Notes: generated from the letters alone by a model not told the origin. Shown: positions 49,889-60,061, counted from the stretch's first letter. The stretch is 64,000 nt of DNA from Candidatus Obscuribacteraceae bacterium (GCA_044226015.1 JBGAHS010000001.1:384001-448000); one strand, 5' to 3'. Numbers and translations are program-made.

Positions 49889-51257
49889 TTTTGTCAATTC
49901 TCCTCTGTTCTTCCACGTCTTGCCATGCGGCTTCTAGCTGTTCGTCGATTTTTGTTTTTGCATCATCTTCAACAATTTTGTCTGGTGTAATTCCTTTTCC
50001 GTTTATGTCTCGACCGGCTGGAGTTAGGTATTTTAGTGCCGTAATCTTGAGAATTCCGCCCGATGGCAAATGCTCAGTTCTGTAGCCAACGCCTTTGCCG
50101 AAGGTTTGGGTACCGATGATGGTGGCGCGATGATTGTCTTGCATTGAGCCTGTAAATACCTCAGATGCACTCACGCTTGATCCATTTACCAGCACCGCCA
50201 TTTTGATGTGTTTGAGTTCTTCGACCAGCTGCCTATCAACTGCGCGATGATTTATTCGAAGTTCATCCAGCGGAACGACTTTATTGCGTTGTACTTTCAT
50301 TGCGCTGAAATTAGACGGGTCATTGGCTCGAACATAACTGGTGGCAATTTCCATGTTGTCGTCAGGCAAGAACATAGAGCTGAGATTTACTGCATTTGGA
50401 AAGTCTCCTCCGGGGTCGTTTCGAAGGTCTAAGATTAAGCCGTTGAGTCCATTCTTAGTTTGTTGCTTCAGCTCTTTAATTTTCGCGAGTAGATTTTCAA
50501 GCTTAATTTCGCCATTGAAGTCAGGCAATCTTACGTGGGCGATGTCGTCTCTTAATAGATCACCCTCAACAACAGGCTCTGGCGTTTTTGCCAGGGTTAG
50601 TTTTGTAGTGTGGACTTGTCCCTTTCGCTCATATTCGATTTCAACACCATCACCAGCTTTTCCGCTTGCTAGCCTTTTCGCTTCGATGATGCTCTGATTT
50701 TTCAACGGAACACCATTTATTGAACGAAGCAAATCTCCTTCCCGAAGTTCAGATTGTTGAGCGGGCGAAGCATAATGCATGAATTCGAGTCTGTAATCTT
50801 TGCTGAAGGGAGATAGTTCCATTCCGCTGCTGAGATTTCCCTCTGATTCAAATTGATCTTTCTCTGCTTGTTCCGCCGCTGTGGAGTACTGAGTCCACTG
50901 GTTGTGAAGGCTTTGCGCCATTAACTTTAGCGCTATGTCCATGTCTTGCATTGTACAAAGTTTTGAATCAAACTTATGCTGCCATTCGTCCCAATTTTGC
51001 AATGCTGACGGTTCTATATAACTCTTTTTGATGCTGTTCCATTCGTTTTCGTAGAACATTCTCCATTGCTCCGAAGGCTCTGAGCAACTAGAAAATTCAG
51101 GGACATCCTTGCTTTTCTCGTCGCTGAGTTTGGAGGACGGCTCGGGTGCTAGTGAGTATGCATCAGCGCGGAGGATATCATTGGTCGCCGCAGAATTTTT
51201 CTGCGATGCCAAATCAGCATTGATTTGATCCACTTTCAGCCCCCTGGGCCAACTCAC
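49881..51257 (-). CDS. S41 C-terminal processing peptidase with PDZ domain
   Basis: LILDLRNDPGG, SVSASE, GTQTFGKG and GITPD motifs. Confidence 0.92.
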   Translation of the reverse strand: MSWPRGLKVDQINADLASQKNSAATNDILRADAYSLAPEPSSKLSDEKSKDVPEFSSCSEPSEQWRMFYENEWNSIKKSYIEPSALQNWDEWQHKFDSKLCTMQDMDIALKLMAQSLHNQWTQYSTAAEQAEKDQFESEGNLSSGMELSPFSKDYRLEFMHYASPAQQSELREGDLLRSINGVPLKNQSIIEAKRLASGKAGDGVEIEYERKGQVHTTKLTLAKTPEPVVEGDLLRDDIAHVRLPDFNGEIKLENLLAKIKELKQQTKNGLNGLILDLRNDPGGDFPNAVNLSSMFLPDDNMEIATSYVRANDPSNFSAMKVQRNKVVPLDELRINHRAVDRQLVEELKHIKMAVLVNGSSVSASEVFTGSMQDNHRATIIGTQTFGKGVGYRTEHLPSGGILKITALKYLTPAGRDINGKGITPDKIVEDDAKTKIDEQLEAAWQDVEEQRRIDKNG

Positions 51258-51737
51258 GACTACTCGCCGCTGACCGCTATCTCGAACTGTTCAACCCGCT
51301 ATGAACATAGTAATTCGATGATTTAGTAAATTACGTGCGAATGCTGTGCAAGTGTAATGGGACAAACCTCAATCGAGGCATCATGAGTCTGTGCTCGTGA
51401 TGGCAGGACTCGTTTGTGGTATTGGCTTCCTTTGACTTAAGGGGGAATCTTCCCATCTTGATTACTTGTTCGTAATCTTGGGAGTTACGTGAAGGCTTGA
51501 ATAGCAATCTTTTCCAGCGCCTTGCTTTATTAATGAAATCACATTTTTGTAGGCGTCAATTTTCATTTGTAGCTGTATACAGACAGATGGGGTTAGGCAC
51601 GGATTCAAACACGACAGCAAGCTCAGGCGGGGCGGCTGAAGGCATCAAACTAACAGAGCTATTGGATTTATTTCTGACATCACCGGGTTTATTCAGAGTC
51701 CAATAGGGTGCGATGCCAAACGAGAGGTAAACTTGTC

Positions 51738-53153
51738 ATGCCATCAGATCATTCTGATGTCCCTGGGAACAGGGTCGTAAATCGAGTCTCGGACGATAGC
51801 AGCGAAGCGCTGTTCACTTCCACTTTGCCAGCAGATGGTATTTTTGGAAACAGACCAAGCAGTCCTTGGAATACTCAAATTTCCAGTCCAAGCAGTCCGT
51901 TTCAAAATATGGATATGAAGGTAAGCAGCCCTTTCCAAAATGGTGATAGGCGGGCTAGTGCTCCTCTCACTGACACCACTAATGGTGAGGCGTGGAGGGC
52001 GAGCTTTCAAAATACAGGTTTTGTAAAGCCTCATATTGTACCGAGACCAAACCCATGGGGGACGCCTTCGGATAGACCTTCACCGCAGCCGGCTCCGCTG
52101 CCACCTGCTGACAGAATGCCTCCTGCAAGACCGCAGCCAGCGCCATCAAATGAACCGTGGGATAAGGCTCCTAACGGACCGTGGAGTAAGCCAGCTGAGC
52201 CAAGTGGTGGACCCTGGGATAAGGGTCCGTGGGGCAAAGATGGTGCTAGCTCGAAGCCTGGGGCTCCTGCAAATGACGGCAGTGCAGTTGCAGCCTTCCA
52301 GCGTGATCAGGTTTCGCGTACCTCATATACTTTTAGAGAATGCGTTGAGAAGGAAAAGGCGCTGGGTAAAGAAAACGAAGTTGCGCTTGAGAAACAAATG
52401 CGCGACTGGCTCGGCAAGCAAAAGGACATGAATCCGATTGTTCATATGCGCGGAACGGCATCTCTTGCCTGCGCTTTAGGTGAATTTCGTTTGGAAGAAG
52501 GAAGCCGCATTGATCTGACTTCACATCAAAATGAAAAGCCTCGTATTTTGAAAGGGCACGATTATGATTTTGGTGGTGAAGCGAATACCTGGTTAAGAAT
52601 GTCGGCGGGTTCGCTTGTTGCCGCGCAGCAATATGTTGTTGGGCACAAGGGGCTGACCATCGAAGGGCAGTCTATGGATGATGCTTATCTGCAGCAATTA
52701 AAAGGTTTGCAAACAGACGTAGAGCGAAAACTTGACGTGATCTATGGTCCGCATGATCTTGAGTCTGTTTACAGCGTTGTTCGCGATCAGGTGCGCACCA
52801 AAAGTGGTGACTGGCAGCAAGGGCTTGTGCGTCTAAAGTATCAATTGGATGACCTTAAGTCTTCTGACAATCGCTTCATAGCAAAATCCGCGCGTGATGT
52901 CGCATTGGGTTTTCTGGCTGAAGCTGATTACATGAGCTCCAGAGATAATGGTGAAGAAGCCAAAATCATGTACCAGTCTGCAAATCAATATCTTGCAATG
53001 TCTCAGCGATATGACAGCAGTGCTCCGGACAACCTTGCGCTTGCGAAAATCTCAGAACGCTTGAAACCGCAAATTCTAAAATCCATCGATAATCAGTGGA
53101 GCGATCCTTTCAGTAACCCATTTGAAATACCGAAACCGGCCGCAATGGTCTAG
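51738..53153 (+). CDS. hypothetical protein with Pro/Trp-rich low-complexity N-half
   Basis: RBS GAGGT; SSPW/SSPF and PWDK repeats; helical C-half. Confidence 0.7.
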   Translation: MPSDHSDVPGNRVVNRVSDDSSEALFTSTLPADGIFGNRPSSPWNTQISSPSSPFQNMDMKVSSPFQNGDRRASAPLTDTTNGEAWRASFQNTGFVKPHIVPRPNPWGTPSDRPSPQPAPLPPADRMPPARPQPAPSNEPWDKAPNGPWSKPAEPSGGPWDKGPWGKDGASSKPGAPANDGSAVAAFQRDQVSRTSYTFRECVEKEKALGKENEVALEKQMRDWLGKQKDMNPIVHMRGTASLACALGEFRLEEGSRIDLTSHQNEKPRILKGHDYDFGGEANTWLRMSAGSLVAAQQYVVGHKGLTIEGQSMDDAYLQQLKGLQTDVERKLDVIYGPHDLESVYSVVRDQVRTKSGDWQQGLVRLKYQLDDLKSSDNRFIAKSARDVALGFLAEADYMSSRDNGEEAKIMYQSANQYLAMSQRYDSSAPDNLALAKISERLKPQILKSIDNQWSDPFSNPFEIPKPAAMV

Positions 53154-53410
53154 CTGAAATCTGGATTGATTGAGCTAAGAAAGGTGTGTCCTCTCGACTC
53201 TTTGATTGAGGCTAAAACTGCCGTGGAGTAATGTCACGTATCCACTACCAGGTCTTACGTGTTTGAAGTAGGTTCAATCTTCAACGACGATTACAAAATC
53301 GATGCCTTGCTGGGTAAGTGATCTCACTGCATGTTTTACTTTTGGCTTAGTTTTTGCTGTGGCACGACGCTTTTTTTTCATCAATTCTTCAAAACCTCAA
53401 GGTCAGAACC

Positions 53411-53908
53411 CTAACCTGCAGAGCCAGAACGGGACTCTCTCATCTCCTTCATCTGTACTCCAAGTTCGATATCGTCGTTGATGTAACTAGTCAAATATTC
53501 CAAAAACGATTTTCCAACGAGCAAAGGCGCTTCGTCCGCGACTATGTCCAGGCGGTAGACAGGCGGATCTTGCTCTCTAGTGTCAAAAAACATGAATACA
53601 TCATCGCGTATCAGATAAACAAAATGGAATGGAAGTAAATCGAAGTTTTTTTCAGCTGCATATCTTTCAGCCCTTGTCCGGCAGAATTTCACAAGCCCTG
53701 GATAGGTCATGATTACATCATTAGCCCAGTCTCCCGTCGCCTTACCCATGGTTCTCAAAAACTCTTTATAGGAACTCGGGAGCTTGATGCTGAAATGTTT
53801 TTCAATACCAGCGATTTCTTCATCAGAACATGCCACGATAGTTTCAGGAGTCGCGATCCCAGCGTCGATCAGCATCTTTGCCAGTTCTTGTGGTGTCTTA
53901 GCTTCCAT
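53411..53908 (-). CDS. SMI1/KNR4 (SUKH) immunity protein
   Basis: CSDEEIAGIEKHFSIKLPSSYKEFL, DPPVY and SFLEYL motifs; TAATG overlap with the toxin stop. Confidence 0.9.
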   Translation of the reverse strand: MEAKTPQELAKMLIDAGIATPETIVACSDEEIAGIEKHFSIKLPSSYKEFLRTMGKATGDWANDVIMTYPGLVKFCRTRAERYAAEKNFDLLPFHFVYLIRDDVFMFFDTREQDPPVYRLDIVADEAPLLVGKSFLEYLTSYINDDIELGVQMKEMRESRSGSAG

Positions 53909-55689
53909 TATTTATACCTATCCATCAATCCTTGATCTTTCGCATTTAGATTCTTGTAACTCCAAGTGACCTCAGGAAATTTTATTGAATCTCCACGGTT
54001 CTTGAACAGTTTCTTGAAATCTTCGATAACCTTTTCGCATGAACGCACACACGGCTTTTGTTCTGAATAGAGCATTATCTCAGCATTTACTTTGCCTGAT
54101 TGTTCTTCAAAACGTTTTGCTATTTCGTTAAGGATCTTGAACTCAGAGTCGCGGTCTCTAAGCAATGCACCGCTGTGATATGGGTGGAGCCTTGGTTGCT
54201 CGGGAACCGGCAGTCCTGGAACCTCGCGACTGGTCCCGTTTATTGCCCACAGAATTTCTTGCTTGCCTTGATTTTTCACGAGAGCAACTGCAATATTCTT
54301 TTCGTCGATATGAGGACATGTTTCTCGAACAGACTCGCGAATTATGTCTGTGACTCGATGGCCGTCCTTGGGATCAAGTCGACCAGTTCTAGCTGTACGC
54401 TCAAGAACCTCACGAACTATGGGATGCTCAGCCAGTTTTTCAAGGCTTATTGGTTTTGGTCCATCTACCTTTTCTTGCAATTCCGGCTTTGTTTCTCTTG
54501 ATTCTTTTGATCGTTCGCTCTTGCCACAAGGCTTTTCATCCGGATGTTTGCCCATTCGCAATATGCCATCATCATGCGCTCTGTTAGAAGGTCCCAAGCT
54601 TGGTCCATTTGCAGCAAGTTTCGGACCGAAGTTTGGTAAGCTTGCATCAAGATATTGGTTCATTTGCAACATTTTTTCCGAGCGAGGAAGCTCTTTCAAC
54701 TTTGTGGCAAATGTTTGCATGTCTGAGCTGATCTGTGACAACATCTTGCTGTCTTTGGCTAAGTGACCAGCTTTGGTCAATGCCATTCCACCTGTCTCAG
54801 CAAAGGTATAAATGTCTAGAAACAGTTCAGTAGACTTTGCTGCTTTGGCCTCTGTGTCCAGATTTTTGAACTTGCTGATTTCGTCTTTCAGTTTCTCAGG
54901 CATTGTTTGAGCGAGCCTTTCAGCTACTAGCCTGCCCTCCGGATCAAAGTCTTTGCCGAAAAATGGCGAATCTTTGTTTAGAGTTGTGCTGAACTGCAGC
55001 AAAACCCGAGAGCCCATTGCCAGGGACTGGCAGGTATCATGCAGTTTTCTCGTTGCTTCAGGATCTGTGTCTGGTTCCAATGACCTATTTGGATCAAATT
55101 TACGCTGGGCCGCATCGAGCATACGGACAGTATCACCAACCGATACGATGGTATTAACAGCGAAATTAGTTGCTCCATGAAGATGCCCCAGCCCCGTCAT
55201 TACAGCTTCGTGAACAGCAGTTCTATCAGGCCCGATTTGTGCAATCAGATCATCTGGGCGTCGGGGCATACCATCTGCATAGAGGGTTCCCAGGCGAAAT
55301 AGATTTGCTGCGGCGTCCCTGGCGGAGGTTTCGGTGCCCGGCTGTTGCACCAACGCGTCGGGTTGATTCTGGTGTAATGGCGCTTCAATGGCTTTGCCAC
55401 CTGCCCCAAGCATATCGCCGCGTTCAGAGATGGTTTTCAATTCAGTCAGGACTTTCTCTTGATCAGCTTTACTGCTAAGCGTCTTGCCATTATCTGTCAA
55501 TGCAAACTTCGATTTTCCATCTGGACTTACGGTATCTGTGCGATTTGGATTAGCTGCAAGAACGGCTCGATAAGTTTTGGCATCAGCTTCCGGAGAAGCC
55601 TTAAAGAGCTTCTCACTTGCCTTTTCAGGCGATTTATCTCCTTGGCGCTCGTGGCTGCTGTCGCCTGGTTTATTTGCGTCCGAACTCAT
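53908..55689 (-). CDS. polymorphic toxin with C-terminal deaminase domain (BURPS668_1122/SsdA-like)
   Basis: RDRDSEFKILNEIA...IMLYSEQKPCVRSCEKVIEDF; cognate SUKH gene directly downstream. Confidence 0.82.
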   Translation of the reverse strand: MSSDANKPGDSSHERQGDKSPEKASEKLFKASPEADAKTYRAVLAANPNRTDTVSPDGKSKFALTDNGKTLSSKADQEKVLTELKTISERGDMLGAGGKAIEAPLHQNQPDALVQQPGTETSARDAAANLFRLGTLYADGMPRRPDDLIAQIGPDRTAVHEAVMTGLGHLHGATNFAVNTIVSVGDTVRMLDAAQRKFDPNRSLEPDTDPEATRKLHDTCQSLAMGSRVLLQFSTTLNKDSPFFGKDFDPEGRLVAERLAQTMPEKLKDEISKFKNLDTEAKAAKSTELFLDIYTFAETGGMALTKAGHLAKDSKMLSQISSDMQTFATKLKELPRSEKMLQMNQYLDASLPNFGPKLAANGPSLGPSNRAHDDGILRMGKHPDEKPCGKSERSKESRETKPELQEKVDGPKPISLEKLAEHPIVREVLERTARTGRLDPKDGHRVTDIIRESVRETCPHIDEKNIAVALVKNQGKQEILWAINGTSREVPGLPVPEQPRLHPYHSGALLRDRDSEFKILNEIAKRFEEQSGKVNAEIMLYSEQKPCVRSCEKVIEDFKKLFKNRGDSIKFPEVTWSYKNLNAKDQGLMDRYK

Positions 55690-55718
55690 AAAAGCAGAAC
55701 CCAGAGCAGGTCAACAAG

Positions 55719-56012
55719 CTATATATTCCCGTCCGAGCCTGTTTGATTCACCTTACCAAAAATAGTCCTATTTTTTTTGTGCTTTACTTCTATCTTTATA
55801 GATATCGTTGTGCTCTTCTTATGCTTTTTTGCTGCGCTGATTGCTTCGTTAACCCTCTTGGTGACTTCGACTAGGATGAAAGCCGTGTTGTCTCCCTCGG
55901 GAGAATATTTATCATTTGGAATATGTGCATGATATTCCTGATCTTTACTCCCTGGCGATGAAACCGTCACTAAGAGTTCCTCAATTTGAATATTCAATTG
56001 CAGTTGGAGCAA
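55719..56012 (-). CDS. small hypothetical protein
   Basis: ORF fills the gap between the S53 and toxin genes; start uncertain. Confidence 0.4.
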   Translation of the reverse strand: MLQLQLNIQIEELLVTVSSPGSKDQEYHAHIPNDKYSPEGDNTAFILVEVTKRVNEAISAAKKHKKSTTISIKIEVKHKKNRTIFGKVNQTGSDGNI

Positions 56013-56076
56013 TAGAAAACAAAACTGCCCGATGCCGGGCAGTTTTGCGGGATTGTCGAGTAAACTTTCTTGTGAA

Positions 56077-57771
56077 TCAAGCTTGTCTTGGAAGTCTGTT
56101 TAAATCAACGCGCATTGCTTCAAGCAATTTTGTACCGTTCAAAACTCCCCAGCCTGTTGCGGCATCCCAGCCGGGTCCTGCCTCGTAACCACCATTGTTT
56201 CCTGTGGTCATATCACGAAATATATCGCTGCCACCGTTCTTATAGAGAAAGGGATTCAAATATCCTACTCTTTGACCGAGGCTCTGGTTCATTCGAAGCA
56301 CTAGTCCGGCGTAGAGGGGAGAGACAGCGCTCGTCCCGGCCATGCGGCTTTCGACACCATGAACTCTTATCATGTAACCTGTTGCCGGATTGGCGTTGCC
56401 CGCAACATCTGGAACACCTCGACCAGTTTTTTCATTCTTATTGGCGTTGGCAGGTAGTTTTACCTCTTTCTGAAACTCAGGAATCGGATTGCTTTCACTT
56501 ATGCCACCACCGCTATCAGCCCAGGTTTTCTCGCTTTCAATTTTTCCATCAGGCTTCAGTGTGAGTTCTGTTCCACCAGTGGCCAGCACCATTGAGTCAG
56601 ACGCGGGATAGTCTGCTGTAAAACGATCAGTACCGTTTTTAGCACCATTGTCGCCTGTTGCTGCAAAAACAGTAATACCCTTTAAAGCCGCCTTTTTGAA
56701 TGCGATGTGCATGTTTTCCATAGCTTGCTGCGACCACATCGACTCCGGTGCACCCCAACTTATGCTGATTGCAGAGTTGCTCTGTTCTCCTGGTTTGGCG
56801 AATGTTGCTCGTGTTATTGCATCTAGAAAGCCCTGTTCAGAATTGGGAGCAAAAATGACTGTTTGCTTTGCTTCTGGCGCTACCGAGCCTAAAACTTGTG
56901 TGTCTAGAGCCACCTCATCGTCAGCGCTTTGCCCTGATTTCATTTTTGCACCGTCTACGGTGACAATTTCTATTTCTGGCATTTTCATGCCACGTTGCTG
57001 AAAGTACGCTGCCGTGTCCTTGAGGTCTAAGCCGCCACCAAACTGAAGTATGGCTACGCCTTGTCCTTTGCCAGTGGTTTCGCTGGGAAAACTGTAGGCA
57101 TTTGCAGCATCGACCGGAGTGATGCCACCATTGATTCGTGGGTGAAATGGACCAGGAGGTTTGTACCTTACGACATCTGCATGTGCGAATGGTCGGTCTT
57201 CCAGACCTAGCACTCCCAACACATCGGTCGCAATATTTCTCGGAACTGATATGTTTCCGAATCGCTCTCGGCATACTCCAAGAGGACCTTTGAAGTCATC
57301 CAGTTGAACTTTGAACGCTTCGTTAAAGTCTTTAACTTTACCTCTAAGTAAAACCTTTCCTGAGTCGAGGTCTGATTCTTCAACTTTCAACCCGTAGTCT
57401 TCAGCGAATTTTTTGACCCGTTTCATTGCTTCTGGGTCTGCGCCAAAACGGTCGTTAAACTCCTCATCAGTCAAAGGCTTGATTTCGCGATTTTGAATTC
57501 TCGCGAGTGTTAGGTCCATTTCTTGTTCGGAACCTTTTGATTTCACAACAATAGTTGCTGTGATTTCCTTGTTTGGATCGCTAGGACCAATTTTTTCTTT
57601 CTTTGTTTCATTACTGGTTTGTTCTGCTCGCGTACTTAACAGTTCTGCGCGTTCACCTACGAACTTCAGTCGTGGCGAGCTCAGTTCTTGTGCGGCTTCT
57701 GATTGTAATGTAGTGCTGTTGTCGCTAGGCGCTAACGATCTTGCTTCTGCAAGGTCCCTGAATTCGTGCAT
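56077..57771 (-). CDS. S53 sedolisin/kumamolisin-like peptidase with prodomain
   Basis: EVALD (E-x-x-x-D), ISISWG, AATGDNG, RGVPDV, GTSAVSP and GWDAATGWG motifs. Confidence 0.93.
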   Translation of the reverse strand: MHEFRDLAEARSLAPSDNSTTLQSEAAQELSSPRLKFVGERAELLSTRAEQTSNETKKEKIGPSDPNKEITATIVVKSKGSEQEMDLTLARIQNREIKPLTDEEFNDRFGADPEAMKRVKKFAEDYGLKVEESDLDSGKVLLRGKVKDFNEAFKVQLDDFKGPLGVCRERFGNISVPRNIATDVLGVLGLEDRPFAHADVVRYKPPGPFHPRINGGITPVDAANAYSFPSETTGKGQGVAILQFGGGLDLKDTAAYFQQRGMKMPEIEIVTVDGAKMKSGQSADDEVALDTQVLGSVAPEAKQTVIFAPNSEQGFLDAITRATFAKPGEQSNSAISISWGAPESMWSQQAMENMHIAFKKAALKGITVFAATGDNGAKNGTDRFTADYPASDSMVLATGGTELTLKPDGKIESEKTWADSGGGISESNPIPEFQKEVKLPANANKNEKTGRGVPDVAGNANPATGYMIRVHGVESRMAGTSAVSPLYAGLVLRMNQSLGQRVGYLNPFLYKNGGSDIFRDMTTGNNGGYEAGPGWDAATGWGVLNGTKLLEAMRVDLNRLPRQA

Positions 57772-57948
57772 AGTCAAGCCCTCCGAAACTCCCCTAAGCT
57801 GGCTTTGCTGCCATCGCATTTGGTGCTCAATTTTTTTTTTGTTGCACCTTGAGCTGCATTTTTCAAATTCTTTGAACAGCTTGCGCTAGAGCAGCTTGCT
57901 TTGCGTCAAAGCTCGTTCCCGACAAAGAGCTATCGACGCATAATGATG

Positions 57949-57972
57949 GCGCTACGGCAAGCGCCGTAGCGC
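57949..57972. other. perfect 10-bp GC-rich hairpin, next to a second hairpin at 57902-57940
   Basis: GCGCTACGGC-AAGC-GCCGTAGCGC. Confidence 0.7.
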
Positions 57973-57986
57973 GCATGCGATTCCAA

Positions 57987-58574
57987 CTATGCTTCTTTGA
58001 AGTGCTTGATCAAGTCTTTCATGTCAGAAATTAGTGCCCGTCCCTGTGGGCTCATTGCTATTTGAGCAAGGTCTTTTCCCACGGTGATAACGTCTTTTAT
58101 TACAAGTGGGTTTGTGAACTTGCGAAGCAAGGTCTGATAGATTCCCGAAATGCGTGGGTCCACCAGTCCAGCCTCTTCGTCTGCGCTCTGAGCTTTCTCG
58201 GCCGCAGGCTTGCTTTGATCTTGTCCCTTTGCCTGCTCTGAAGCCGCCGCTGTTAGTGCGGGCATTTTTATGCCTGACTCTGCCAGTGAACTGGCAAGAT
58301 TCAAGGTTTCTTCCACCACTTTAGGGTCCATTCCCTTTGTGGCTTCAAGCAATTGCCGATAGGCCTCCTTCACCTCTGGAGTTTCATTCGCTCTTGCTCT
58401 CTGCTGAAGTAGGTCGTCGCCGCTGTTGTCACTGCTGGCGGTGCGACTGTCACTTGAAGCAAAGTTTCTTCTGGACATCGAATCTAGTGCTTCTGTTGTT
58501 AGTGCATTTCTGCTGTTGTCTTTTTCATCAATAACTGATCGTATATCTCTCACTTCTAACGTTCTCGGATCCAT
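57987..58574 (-). CDS. hypothetical helical protein
   Basis: Purine-rich RBS GGGGGAAGG; 195-aa ORF. Confidence 0.7.
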   Translation of the reverse strand: MDPRTLEVRDIRSVIDEKDNSRNALTTEALDSMSRRNFASSDSRTASSDNSGDDLLQQRARANETPEVKEAYRQLLEATKGMDPKVVEETLNLASSLAESGIKMPALTAAASEQAKGQDQSKPAAEKAQSADEEAGLVDPRISGIYQTLLRKFTNPLVIKDVITVGKDLAQIAMSPQGRALISDMKDLIKHFKEA

Positions 58575-59374
58575 ATACCTTCCCCCCTTGGGCGTAAATG
58601 AATTTAGTCACCATATTTTCCGAGCAAGCTTTTTCGCAATTCCCCAGTGGTTAAAAGCCTGAAGAAAACTTTGTGATCGAGTCCCTGCATCAACTCTCAT
58701 TTAGTTTTCTTTTCACCTTGGAACCGTCTATATCCTTCGAAACGCCAAATTTGACGCGCCTTTTCTTGAATATCCTTAAGAAAGATCTTCTTGGCAATCG
58801 CCTGTGACGACCTTCTAAAGTCCCTATTTGTAATGGTTTTGTCGGAGTTTATTAACTAAATGGCGTATGTGAAAAATGATTAGCTGCATTAAATAATTTG
58901 ATGTTTTCGGTGAGATTTTATGTGTGTTGCAGAGTTTCTTGAGTTTGCTGAAACAAGCTTGTGACAATCTTTTCGCCGTGGCGCTACCGTATGTGGTGCA
59001 AGTGTTGGTGTCCGCTGGGGCTTACGACTAGTGCTTTGTGGCGGTGTTGCATTGAATGTTTGTGCTTAAGCACCGTGCATACAGTCTGCATTATCAGGCA
59101 ACTGTTACAGCTTCTGGACCAGGTGGCAGACTGCTGGCTAGCGGTGTATCCGCCTCTAGATAGCGGGCTTCCACCTGTGTGTCGAGCTCAGTGCAGGTGT
59201 CTTGGATACCTGTATGCGGGTATTGGACTGCCGTATCCACTCCGTAAATGTGCTGCCTCGGGGCTCTATACTGATAGTGCGCCGAGTCGGTGTCCGTGCT
59301 GACTGGGCTTCAGGCGCAGGGACCACGAAATGGCTTTGTTCATCACAGGCGTACGCGTTCAGATCAGTGAGTAA

Positions 59375-60061
59375 TTATTTTGCTGCTGATTCCGATTCGA
59401 TAATGTAACCGTATCCAGCCAGAGTTTTGATGACACACTCTTTGCCATCTTCGGTGATCTTTTTCCTCAGTGAACGCATACAAGAGCGCACTGTGTCTTC
59501 CGACAGTGCCGAATCCAGTGGCCAAACCGAATCCAATAATGCTTTTGAATTATAAGCATGGTTCGGATGGCGCATCAAGAATTCCAATAAGGAAAATTCT
59601 CTAGGAGTGAGTGGAATGTTCTTAGTTCCTATTTCGACGCTGTGTGTGTCAGTGTGCAAGGCGAGTCCCTGTACTTGCAGCACATTGCTGAGCATCGCTG
59701 CTGGACGCCTCAGTAGAGACTTCAGGCGTGCGCCGAGTTCTCGAAATTCGAAGGGCTTAGACAAGTAATCATCAGCACCTGTTTCAAGCCCTGCAACTTT
59801 TGAGTTTAGATCTGATTTGCCAGTTAAGAACAAGATGGGTGTTGTTCCGCCTTTCTTGCGGAACGTATCGCATATTGAAATTCCTGGTATGCCAGGCAAT
59901 TCCCAGTCTAAAATCAACAAATCATAGCTGAAGCTTGCCAGAAGTTGCAGCGCATCTTCCCCGTTGTATACAGTGTCAATCACATAATTTTGTGATTGCA
60001 GCCAGGTTGAAAGAATACCTGCGAACTCTTCATCATCTTCGACAATCAATATCTTTGCCAT
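59375..60061 (-). CDS. OmpR-family response regulator
   Basis: ILIVEDD, LILDWELP, GADDYLSKPF and winged-helix LTPREF...GYGY. Confidence 0.95.
   Translation of the reverse strand: MAKILIVEDDEEFAGILSTWLQSQNYVIDTVYNGEDALQLLASFSYDLLILDWELPGIPGISICDTFRKKGGTTPILFLTGKSDLNSKVAGLETGADDYLSKPFEFRELGARLKSLLRRPAAMLSNVLQVQGLALHTDTHSVEIGTKNIPLTPREFSLLEFLMRHPNHAYNSKALLDSVWPLDSALSEDTVRSCMRSLRKKITEDGKECVIKTLAGYGYIIESESAAK

Noticed and set aside
58961..59302. Cys-rich protein
   Set aside because: Cys/Trp richness follows from TG-rich DNA; no RBS and no regular Cys pattern.
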